Notes under the pieces: generated by a model
Told to the model about the DNA's origin: nothing
Database searches by the model: none
The model's input: only the letters and a program-made list of their open reading frames with translations
Program-made: the position numbers and the translations under genes
Shown here: positions 18,510 through 37,078 of the stretch, piece by piece
Numbering within the stretch: position 1 is the stretch's first letter
Layout of the letters: the number at the start of each line of letters is the position of its first letter
DNA from: Octopus bimaculoides
Lineage: Eukaryota
NCBI RefSeq assembly: GCF_001194135.2
Contig: NC_068989.1
Coordinates: 81,819,373-81,882,655 of the forward strand
Reading direction: 5' to 3'
Length of the DNA: 63,283 bases

Positions 18510-18706
18510 CATCACGTGACTGATCATTATTCGAATCGGCAACTTCTTCGAACCGTTCCCGCCAGAACGCAAACTGACCAATCACGGCCCCTAATAAGGT
18601 CACGTGATAGAGTAAAATTCTGAAGCCTTCGGGAGCCCATAGTTTGTTATAAATAGCTTTAACTCATACCCAATAATTTGTCTCGGTCCAGTTTCTCTTT
18701 GAAAAC
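18510..18706 (+). promoter_or_regulatory. Orphan Pol II promoter-like module 1
   Basis: TCACGTGA at 18512 and 18600, CCAAT at 18578 and TATAAATA at 18648. The sequence then runs into an N gap. Confidence 0.5.
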
Positions 18707-19764
18707 NNNNNNNNNNNNNNNNNNNNNNNNNNNNNNNNNNNNNNNNNNNNNNNNNNNNNNNNNNNNNNNNNNNNNNNNNNNNNNNNNNNNNNNNNNNNNN
18801 NNNNNNNNNNNNNNNNNNNNNNNNNNNNNNNNNNNNNNNNNNNNNNNNNNNNNNNNNNNNNNNNNNNNNNNNNNNNNNNNNNNNNNNNNNNNNNNNNNNN
18901 NNNNNNNNNNNNNNNNNNNNNNNNNNNNNNNNNNNNNNNNNNNNNNNNNNNNNNNNNNNNNNNNNNNNNNNNNNNNNNNNNNNNNNNNNNNNNNNNNNNN
19001 NNNNNNNNNNNNNNNNNNNNNNNNNNNNNNNNNNNNNNNNNNNNNNNNNNNNNNNNNNNNNNNNNNNNNNNNNNNNNNNNNNNNNNNNNNNNNNNNNNNN
19101 NNNNNNNNNNNNNNNNNNNNNNNNNNNNNNNNNNNNCATACACACTTTTCTTTGTATGACGGCCTGTCTTTGATTATGTTCTTATATGTCGCATTCACAC
19201 TCTCACACAGACATACATCTTTAACGCTACAATAAATATATCTGTTATTCATCTAATACGGTTGTGGTCTTTCATTACTGGTCATCTATGTTATCGTCGC
19301 ATAACATATCATGTATATCATCTTTGATATATATATTTGTATGTTCGACCGTGTGACGCGTTTAAATAAAAGGAGTCCTCTGTTTTTCCATTCGTCACCA
19401 TTTCGCACGGTCGTCCCTTACAGAAATTAATTTGTGAGATATGTTCGTTCCGTTTCTCGATTTCCCTCCATCTATCTTTCATCAAGTCTCTCCCTACTCT
19501 CACTTAAATTAAACAATGAAGCTTTCTCAAATTCATCTCCTTACACCTTATTCTCTGATGAAACCTGCTTTTTTCTTTCATTATACTTGCTGTTTTATAC
19601 TCCCACACCTTTACATGCATACGTACTTACGTAGGTATAGATAGATAGACAGATAGATATATAGATAAATAGATAGAGATGGGGAGAAAAGAGGGAGAGA
19701 GAAAACGATAAACCATTACCGAAAGGAGAGATTAAAATGGTTCGACCATGGTAAATCAATGGCG

Positions 19765-20462
19765 CATGAACCTTTACAGAGAGAGGCCGACTTCTTCGAT
19801 ATTTCGGGAACAGTCAGCCGACATTATTTACGGATGGCGGCACGTACTGTTGCAATATGATCATCATTCGTTGCCGTGAAAGAAGTCCAAATATGGAATT
19901 GCCTTCGAGAGATGCGTCTTACGATTTGAAACGCTTTTACATGTGACATTGCGTACAATCTTCCCGAATAAATGTATACATACATGAACACACACACACA
20001 TTAATCTGCACATCCAGCTTAACTTGGAAGTGTTAAGAACGCCGTAGACTGTGGTAATCGTCCTGAGAAATCATCTCATATGGACGTTAGACACTAAAAA
20101 GTACACACACACGTGTATGTCTGCGTGTGTGTGTGTGAATGTGTATGCGTATGTGTGTGTATGTAACGTCTATAGGAGATGATTTCTCAGGACGATTACC
20201 GCAGTCTACGGCGTTCTTAACACATCCAAGTTAAGTTGGATGTGCAGATTAATGTGTGTGTGTGTGTGTTCTTGTTTGTATACATCTATTCGGGAAGATA
20301 GTACGCAATGTCACAAGTTGTAAAAGCATTTCAAATCGTAAGACGCATCTCGGCAACGAATGATGATCATATTGCAACAGTACGTGCTGCCATCCGTAAA
20401 TAACGTCGGCTGACTGTTCCCAAAATATCGAAGACGTCGGCCTCTCTCTGCAAAGGTTCATG
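19765..20462. repeat. Long inverted repeat (arms 19765-20089 and 20164-20462)
   Basis: The arms align by eye at roughly 90 percent identity, with a 74-bp microsatellite-rich spacer. Confidence 0.9.
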
Positions 20463-20650
20463 TCGCATAATTTTATAACCAATATTTAATATGCATTATG
20501 TTGCGGAAAATCTACGACCGAACCACAATCAATTAAGAGTTATTTGATGGTTCGAATGCTGACGAGAACTTACAGAAAGTGTTATAAGAGGTGACGAAAT
20601 GTATGTGTATGATTACGATATCGAAACTAAAAGGCAATCGTCGCAGTGGG
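20285..20650 (+). mobile_element. Mariner transposase relic
   Basis: Decayed NDDHIATVRAAIRK*RRLTVPKISEDVG and VIRGDEMYVYDYDIETKRQSSQW match the mariner HTH region and the ITGDETWVY.YD.ETK.QS.QW motif. Confidence 0.8.
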
Positions 20651-20665
20651 CTGGATCATCGCGGC

Positions 20666-21232
20666 CAGTGGCATAGTTAGAATACGTGCCACCCGGCACA
20701 GTCCTTGTGTTTACCATCCCTCTCCCGTTCATGTCACTATACAGTAGTGGTTCTTAACCCATTTTTTGTAGCGCCGTCCTTTTAAGTAGTTGTTATGTCT
20801 AACACCAACGTGAGTGGTGAGTGAAGTATCACGACCATTTTACTCTAAAAATGGATTGTATAAGCATTTACAGTGAAATCATAAAGAATTAATAAAGACA
20901 AAAGTTGCAGGTTTGCTTTATACGTTGCAAGTTAATGACTTGCCTGTGCCTGGTGAGATCTCATTTTATTTTAATAACCATTACTCGATTTTTATTATGC
21001 ATAATATAATTACTATTATAGATATAATTTAGTATGTTATGTTGCCTCATTGTCGCCACCACACTTTAGCTCCCCCTTCGACATGCACAGCAGCCCCTTG
21101 GGGTCGATACCGCCCACGTTGAGAACTTCAGCCATACAGGTTTATGTAACAGACCCAAAAGTACCGTTCCTATAAAAGCACCACCCACGTGGGTCGCCCA
21201 AACATCCCATTCCACCCGTAGCTACGCTACTG
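20666..21232. mobile_element. hAT-like MITE containing a second nested hAT-like MITE (20745-21131)
   Basis: Outer termini CAGTGGCATAGTTAG and GTAGCTACGCTACTG have 8-bp flanks ATCGCGGC/ATTGTGAC. Inner termini TAGTGGTTCTTAAC and GTTGAGAACTTCAG have flanks CTATACAG/CCATACAG. Confidence 0.55.
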
Positions 21233-22618
21233 ATTGTGACTGCTACATCCTCTTCCACCCACCCCGAAAAAAAAAGTACGTCAGAATCGTTAAACGGAGA
21301 CGTTGGCCACCAATAGATCTTGAATGGTTTAAATGGGAGAAGATTAAAAACCAAGCAAGACCGTAGTGAGTACCGTGAATACTCCACATCCCCACGAAAC
21401 TGTCGCCGCTATGTCTTAAACATTTTCGATTGAAAGAGTAATGGTCTCCCCGTGTTTGTTACACGTCATTAGAAAGCAATAAAGAGTTTTACTTGGATGT
21501 CTTGAGACGTTTAAGAGATGCAGTGTGAAAGAAGGGGCCTGGGGTGTGGTCAAATGAATTCTAGATGCTGCCCTCGACAAAACATCTGATCATGCATTGT
21601 CGTTCTCTACTCGGAGCTTTTCGGCAGAGCACAAGACGGCTCCCGTTCCTTAACTCCTCTACTCTTCGGACTTCTTTTATTTATTTATTTACTTACTTAT
21701 TCATTTATTGTTCTCAAATTTAATATCCATCCTGAAAGGTTTCTGATTTCAGGTGAATGGAGAGTTCAAAGAATATTTGCTACGAGAGCTGCGACCATCC
21801 CTGAAAACGCGTTCCTAAACTGGTGAACGTTGAGAGTTGTGTACCAAGACAGAAGAGAACTATTCTGAAGGTAACAAACTTGCTTAGAGCCATAACTCAC
21901 TTTTTAAAAAATATTCGGTTACATTTTGGAGAAACCTCTTGTGAGTATGCACTTGTGTGTGTATGTGTACATAATTGTGTGTGTATGTGTGTCATTCAGT
22001 TTTATTTCAAGATTTCTTGCCAATAAAGAAAGAGCCGGTTTCTAACCATGATCCAAGGCCCCTTCATTGAAATTTCAACAACAGAGTATTTTTGTATGTG
22101 CAGTATTTGGAGTCAGTGCATGGGTAGATTCGTGTGTTTTGTTTGATGAATGTATTCTCATGCACGTTGTTACATGTCTAGACACGCGCATGTGTGTGTG
22201 TGTATATGTAAAATTTTTTGTTGTCAACATAATTTTGTATATTGATGCAGTAATAAAACAAAGTAAGGAAGTGGGACAGTGCCACTGTGACTCTTTTCAG
22301 AACCGTTGAGACTAGTGAGATGAAGAGAGGGAGTTATCTACGGAACTGAGACCTCGCAGAAATATTTGTAACAAAGTGGACACGACTCACGATGCCTTAG
22401 GGCCAACTGATAGCATTAAACCGGGTGACGAGTCAACTCCACTACCTAAGAACAAACCTGGCGGATAAAAGTGTCAGTAGCCTTAAGTTTGGAATTAATG
22501 ATTTTAGTTTCATTCCTGTCTGGGTGTTGTATATATCTAGGAATACGACAACTGATAACAAGTGGGGATCAATATCTGTTGCCTTACTCACTGCATCTTT
22601 GTGATGTGTGTGTGTTTG

Positions 22619-22642
22619 CATGTATGTATGTATGTATGTATG

Positions 22643-22670
<28 letters not shown>
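22619..22670. repeat. (TATG)n microsatellite; many others, including (TTA)n 28270-28342, (CT)n 30527-30600, (CAT)n 33596-33635, (TA)n 35100-35149 and 48340-48385
   Basis: Directly visible. Confidence 0.95.
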
Positions 22671-22673
<3 letters not shown>

Positions 22674-23827
22674 TATCATAATTAAAAGGCCAGTTATTGA
22701 CCAGTTCATAACGACTATACTGTTATTAGTATCCTTGGTAACATTCATCACGGATGTTTATACTTATTGTGGTAGTTTGTTATTTCAGAAGTGGTGTGTG
22801 TGGGAGATAGAGGGAGAGGGAGTCTGAAGGGAGGATGGGGATATATAGATTATCCTTCTAGTAAACGAACTGATGTAAATGAAAGCCATGACTCATTGTG
22901 CGATGATGATCCATTATAATTCACTGAAGCCTTTACGACGGAATCAACATCGTCTTATTTGTTTCCAAGACAACGTAATAGTCGCACCGATCATCATACT
23001 TTTAAAAAGTTGTTTTACGTAACTATGTAACCAATAGAAGGCTGACTAAACAGGTTAAACAAGAGAACATTAAGCCAACACCTATAATCGGAGACATATT
23101 TCTGGATGCTGGATGGAGAAACTTAATTGGTTTCTTCTAAAGAGACAGCTGCTCTCTGTGGTGAACATGTTCCCAAATAGCAAAGGAACTCCTTTGCAGA
23201 AAAAAAAATATATAGTGAGAAGGTGATTGAAAGTAATTCCCTGGGGAGCCAAAATATTTCGAACACAACTCATTGGCACTAAAGATATTTCAAAGAATAA
23301 TAAGAAAGTATGTTCTTTAATCAGTAAGTGATCTTAATACTCACCAACAAACACAAGTAGAGAAAGGGTAGAAAAGAGAAAGTGAGCTAGTAAGAGTGGT
23401 GGGACGAAGCAACTGCATCGTTGGTGAGTTACCATAGTTGTCCATCTGTGCCTTGTCATTTAGAGACAGCGTTTCGTTCAGCCGGTCAGCCAAACTCGGT
23501 TCTCACTAACTGACTTTGGCTTACGAAGTTCTAGTGTTCATAACTGTACAAAACTATCTAGAAAATAGATAAAAAAAAGGCAGTAAGTAAATAAATACCA
23601 CCTGATGTCGTGGCTGTAAGAGAGAAAAAGTAGAAAAAACTAGAGTTAATAGAGCCAGGACGACAATCATTAAATAAGGATATAGCTCCTCCAGCTACAC
23701 TATTCATGAGCAGCCACAAACTATGGCACACATAGTGAGATGTTCTCTAACGTAAGAACCAAATAATTTGGTTGTTGACATTAGAATGTATAATGAAGAT
23801 GTAGAAAACCATTTTCAGGAGTAGCAG

Positions 23828-24010
23828 ATTCGAAACCGAATCGACGAATTTCCAAATAAAAGCCACGGCTTAGTAACAGCCAATTTCACGTGATCGGCCG
23901 CTTAACTGGCCAATCAGTATGGAGCCATTACGCGATACAACCTTCTAGAAATTTCTACAACGTCCCTAACGAGACATATAAATAGACGAGTTTTAGTGCC
24001 AAGCCTTTGC
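23828..24010 (+). promoter_or_regulatory. Orphan heat-shock-type promoter module 2
   Basis: CCAAT at 23880 and 23910 (GGCCAATCAG), TCACGTGA at 23886, a three-unit HSE cTTCtaGAAatTTCt at 23942-23956 and TATAAATA at 23977. Confidence 0.6.
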
Positions 24011-24693
24011 AGAGTGTCGAAGGTGACTGTGCCAAATGCGCCGCCTCTCTTACCAGGGATATTTGCTCATAGACCTGCCGATTCATTTCACACGTCTCAC
24101 CCCTTGCCACAAAGTGTTGGGAATCGCCGCCATGAAAATCACGCTCTCACTTTTCAGTATTTAACAATTATTTTAACAACTTCTTATTCAACCGAGCAGA
24201 CAGCAGCTACGGTATTGCAATTATGAATTTAACGTTTTATCTGCAGTCTTAGCAGTATATTCACAGAGCCTATTTAACTAACTATTTTCTCATAACTACC
24301 GAATTGTGCTTTGCATTATGTAAGCTTCGTCGTGTATTATTAATTCAAGACCGACATGGAAAATGTTTTGTGCATTGAATAAAGTTTCTGTTAATCGTTC
24401 ACGTGGTGTTGTTCGTTATTTTCTCGCGGTTCCTCTCACACCTTGCGATACAGGTTTTGGTGAAGAAAATTTAGCTGAATGTGAAGCGGATTCTATAACA
24501 GCAGTTTCAAATTTTGGCACAAAACCAGCAATTGTAGTGGGAGGGGTTAGCCGATACCTTCAACTCCTGTACTTCATTGGTATTTCATTTTAACGACCTT
24601 GAAAGGATGAGAGGCAAAACTAACCTTGGTGAGATTTGAACTCAGAACGTGTGTGTATCTGTGTGTGTGTGTGTGTGTATTATATTATACTAT

Positions 24694-25130
24694 ATTCTTT
24701 TCTACTCTAGGCACAAGGCCTGAAATTTTGGGGGAGGGGGACCAGTCGATTAGATCGATCCCCCAGTACGCAACTGGTACTTAATTTATCGACCCCGAAA
24801 GGATGAAAGGCAAAGTCGACTTCGGTGGAATTTGAACTCAAAACGTAAAGACAGACGAAATACCACTAAGCATTTCGCCCGGCGTGCTAACGTTTCTTAT
24901 TTTTTTATTGCCCACAAGGGGCTAAACATAGAGGGAACAAAACAAAGACGGACAAAGGGATTAAGTCGATTACATCGACCCAGTGCGTAACTGGTGCTTA
25001 ATTTTTCGACCCCGAAAGGATGAAAGGCAAAGTCGACCTCGGCGGAATTTGAACTCAGAACGTAACGGCAGACGAAATACCGCCAAGCATTTCGTCCGGC
25101 GTGCTAACGTTTCTGCCAGCTCGCTGCCTT
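24694..25130 (-). mobile_element. tRNA-derived SINE family C (Meta-domain-like), tandem dimer; other copies at about 12640-12830, 17485-17610, 26310-26410, 27561-27900, 32140-32345, 34330-34530, 36760-36950, 39694-39998, 47765-47890, 54272-54568
   Basis: Recurrent head ggcgagctggcagaaacgttagc...gagttcaaattcc and central gcctttcatcctttcggggtcgataaattaagtacca. A 13-bp TSD TATATTATACTAT lies at 24681 and 25131. Confidence 0.85.
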
Positions 25131-28119
25131 TATATTATACTATTATGTTGTAGTGTATCGTGCGCGCGCGCGGATACGAATGTGTGTGTGCATGTTCAGG
25201 TGCAAAAGTATATAGGTATGTGTGTGTATTTGCATATATCATCTTATTCATAGCGAATGCATCCTTTTCATGCAGACACCTGTCTGAAACAACACATTCC
25301 TCTCATGCCATTAAAATATCTCATTTCCGTCTCCGATTGACACTTCAGGTCATCCCTAATCCCCTACAGTTATAATTATCATTACTTTGTTGAAGCAATT
25401 ACGAAGCAGCCGTTTAAAAAAATAATGAAAGGTACCCACTAAATTTAATCTTTCATATATCGACACATTGTTACATAAACCAACTGGAGAGCCTCTGTGA
25501 GGTCGTTCGACCTGCTAGAAATAGCAAATAATTCTTCTTTTTTCAAACCACACTCTGCTGTTTTATATAAGGATCGGATGGACGTAGGAAGAATGCCTCT
25601 GATTACAGGTATGTCCGATCAATGTTGGCATGGGGCCAAATGATAATATTTAGAGATAATGAGAGAACCTCTCCGTAGTTGCTTTACAAGCTAGAAACAG
25701 TAGACAGTCCTCCGTGCCGTCCTAAGAAAAAAAGAAAAAAAAAAAGAAGAGGAATGACATATTGGTCGCTGATATAAAGAGGCAGGGTGGTCATGACTAG
25801 AATACCTTTTCTCGTAGGGCAATTCAGTTATAGTTGAGTGGGAGTAACGAACAGCTTCCTAGCTACATTTTTCAACCAGTTCCTTTCTTATTGTCCTCGG
25901 CTTTTCCACGTTGAAAATTATGAGTCAATTCTATTGTTTAAGCGACTATTTCAAGTCAGACTTGGGTCAAGAGACGGAAAATCCTTTGTCTGGCCTGACC
26001 TAATTTAGTTAGGAAAAATATAAATACAGAACCCCAAATCGGTTCTGCCTCTTTTCGCTTGGCTCCTGGCCAAAGGAACACTTTACGTATGGCCTATCAT
26101 CACGCAAGTACACAACTTTCGCCCTCTTTACTTGTCTAATTTCGTTTATTCTTTCTCTCTCCTTTTTTTCCATCCGTTCCATTCAGCAAAAGATGAACTT
26201 AATTACCTGTGTTTTTTGTGGGGTCCGGAGGCGGCAAACGGAAGAGCCGCCCCGAGCGGCACACACTCTAGCTACGCTAGTGGGAACGGTAAGTCGAATA
26301 TATCGATCCTGTGCTCAACTGGTACTAATTCTATCGACCCAAAGGAATGAAAGGCAAAGTCAGCCTCGGTGGAATTTGAACTTAGAACATAAAAAGCTCC
26401 GACAAATAAGCAGTAATATCGAGGAAACAGAGAGAACTATTGTAGGGAAGTTTTAGAAGAGGCCATACATATCCACCCAAGGTGGAGACACATAGATCTG
26501 GAATCCAAAAGACATAACAGTGCAGCATAACTTCTCTAAACTCCTCTCCCTTTCTCTCTCGCGCTCTCTTTGAGTGTTTGTGTGTGTGTGGTTATCATCC
26601 AGTTTCATTTTCTTTAAAAACATCGAACCTGCATCAGTCAAAGAAATATTACAGTTCAAACATGTCTATGGGATTTTATCATAGACGGATGAACAATTTT
26701 CTGACAAAGACAGGCGATGGTGTGTTATAATTAAGATAGTATTGTGTTATAATTAACGTAGCGATACAAACGGAGTGTTGTGTAAATGTGGATTGAAAAA
26801 AAAAAAAAGACGCCAGTTAATAAGTGTCTCCGTCTAATTTATTAGCTGACACAGTTAAAATAATAAGTACGGACGTTCCTGTAAAAGACAGACTGGTTAA
26901 CTTTAACGTATTGACGGAAGACTGTAGAAAATTATATTTCCGTTTGCACGTGAGGAATCTGCAAAAATTTCTTGAATTTCAATGTATGGTTCACGGGATC
27001 TTTCTTTTTCCTCAAAACATGAGAACGTAAATTTCTGATTNNNNNNNNNNNNNNNNNNNNNNNNNNNNNNNNNNNNNNNNNNNNNNNNNNNNNNNNNNNN
27101 NNNNNNNNNNNNNNNNNNNNNNNNNNNNNNNNNNNNNNNNNNNNNNNNNNNNNNNNNNNNNNNNNNNNNNNNNNNNNNNNNNNNNNNNNNNNNNNNNNNN
27201 NNNNNNNNNNNNNNNNNNNNNNNNNNNNNNNNNNNNNNNNNNNNNNNNNNNNNNNNNNNNNNNNNNNNNNNNNNNNNNNNNNNNNNNNNNNNNNNNNNNN
27301 NNNNNNNNNNNNNNNNNNNNNNNNNNNNNNNNNNNNNNNNNNNNNNNNNNNNNNNNNNNNNNNNNNNNNNNNNNNNNNNNNNNNNNNNNNNNNNNNNNNN
27401 NNNNNNNNNNNNNNNNNNNNNNNNNNNNNNNNNNNNNNNNNNNNNNNNNNNNNNNNNNNNNNNNNNNNNNNNNNNNNNNNNNNNNNNNNNNNNNNNNNNN
27501 NNNNNNNNNNNNNNNNNNNNNNNNNNNNNNNNNNNNNNNNNNNNNNNNNNNNNNNNNNNNCTTTCATCCTTTCGGGGTCGAAAAATTAAGTACCAGTCAC
27601 GCACTGGGTCGATGTAATCGACTTAATCCCTTTGTCTGTCTTTGTTTTGTCCCCTCTATGTTTAGCCCCTTGTGGGCAATAAAGAAATAAGAAACGTTAG
27701 CACGCCGGGCGAAATGCTTAGCGGTATTTCGTCTGCCGTTGTGTTCTGAGTTCAAATTCCGCCGAGGTTGACCTTGTCTTTCATCTTTTAGGGGTCGATA
27801 AATTAAGTACCAGTTGCGCACTGGAGTCGATGTAATCGACTTAATCCCCTTGTTTGTCCCCTCTATGTTTAGCCCCTTGTGAGCAATAAAGAGATAAGAA
27901 TTGTAAATACACACTACATCAGTTTAGTTGTGGAGTTTGTTTCACTGTTTCTGGTGTTATTTTAGTGGGCTTCTTTCTGTTTGTTGTGCCGGGTAGGTTG
28001 CTATGTGAGTAGAACTTATTATTATAAACCTACCTTTCGGGATCGATAAAGTAAGTACCAGTTGAGAACTGGGGTCGATGTAATCAACTTACCCCATCAC
28101 AGTTCTATATTTAAGATAT

Positions 28120-28285
28120 AAGGAATTATGTACATTATTTACATTTGACAGATGTTTGTCCTCATCTTGCTTGTTATTAACACAACCTTTCGGCTGATAT
28201 ACCCTCCAGCCTTCATCAGGTGTCTTGAGGAAATTTCGAACCTGAGTTCTCATTCCTAAAATATTTTTCGATGTTGTTGTTGTTG

Positions 28286-28345
<60 letters not shown>

Positions 28346-28421
28346 TCACTGCCTGAAATCGAACTCGGAATCTTGGGGTTAGTAGCCCGCGCTTTTAACT
28401 ACTACGCCATATGCCCACGGG
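28120..28421 (-). mobile_element. tRNA-headed SINE with a (TAA)n spacer and a Penelope-like tail
   Basis: Head with A box (tggcgtagtagtt) and B box (gagttcgattt) at 28341-28421. The tail carries cctgatgaaggctgg...cagccgaaa, typical of Penelope-like element ends. Confidence 0.6.
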
Positions 28422-28564
28422 CATATAATAATAATGTTCTGCATTTCAGTAGGATCGCAACTCAATCATTACCGGAAGACACGAAACATCACAAGAAATA
28501 ACAAGAAATACTAACTTTGTAAGAAGAGAGATAAACAATAAACATCAATATCAAAAATATCGCA

Positions 28565-28570
28565 TTTATT
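28565..28570 (-). terminator. Polyadenylation signal of alpha-tubulin 2
   Basis: AATAAA on the minus strand about 19 nt after the stop codon. Confidence 0.5.
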
Positions 28571-28588
28571 CCTAATAAAAAATATCCG

Positions 28589-37078
<8,490 letters not shown>

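Noticed and set aside
23431-23435. ATG|GTAACT that could be a distal ATG-only first exon for tubulin 1
   Set aside because: Tubulin 1 already has a well-formed exon 1 with a TATA box at 10122-10292, and nearby promoter motifs point the other way. It cannot be excluded without junction reads.
26186-26288. Exon-like segment (cag|...|gtaagt) with an ATG
   Set aside because: Its 3-prime half is the CTAGCTACGCTAGTG terminus of the same hAT-like MITE type seen at 21232, and the peptide is unrecognisable.
28341-28421. tRNA-like sequences here and at the heads of SINE families A-C
   Set aside because: They have A/B boxes but no complete cloverleaf and are fused to repeat bodies, so they are SINE heads rather than tRNA genes.
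28271-28501. Poly-Leu ORF and similar YI/CV/HH low-complexity ORFs
   Set aside because: They are translations of microsatellites.
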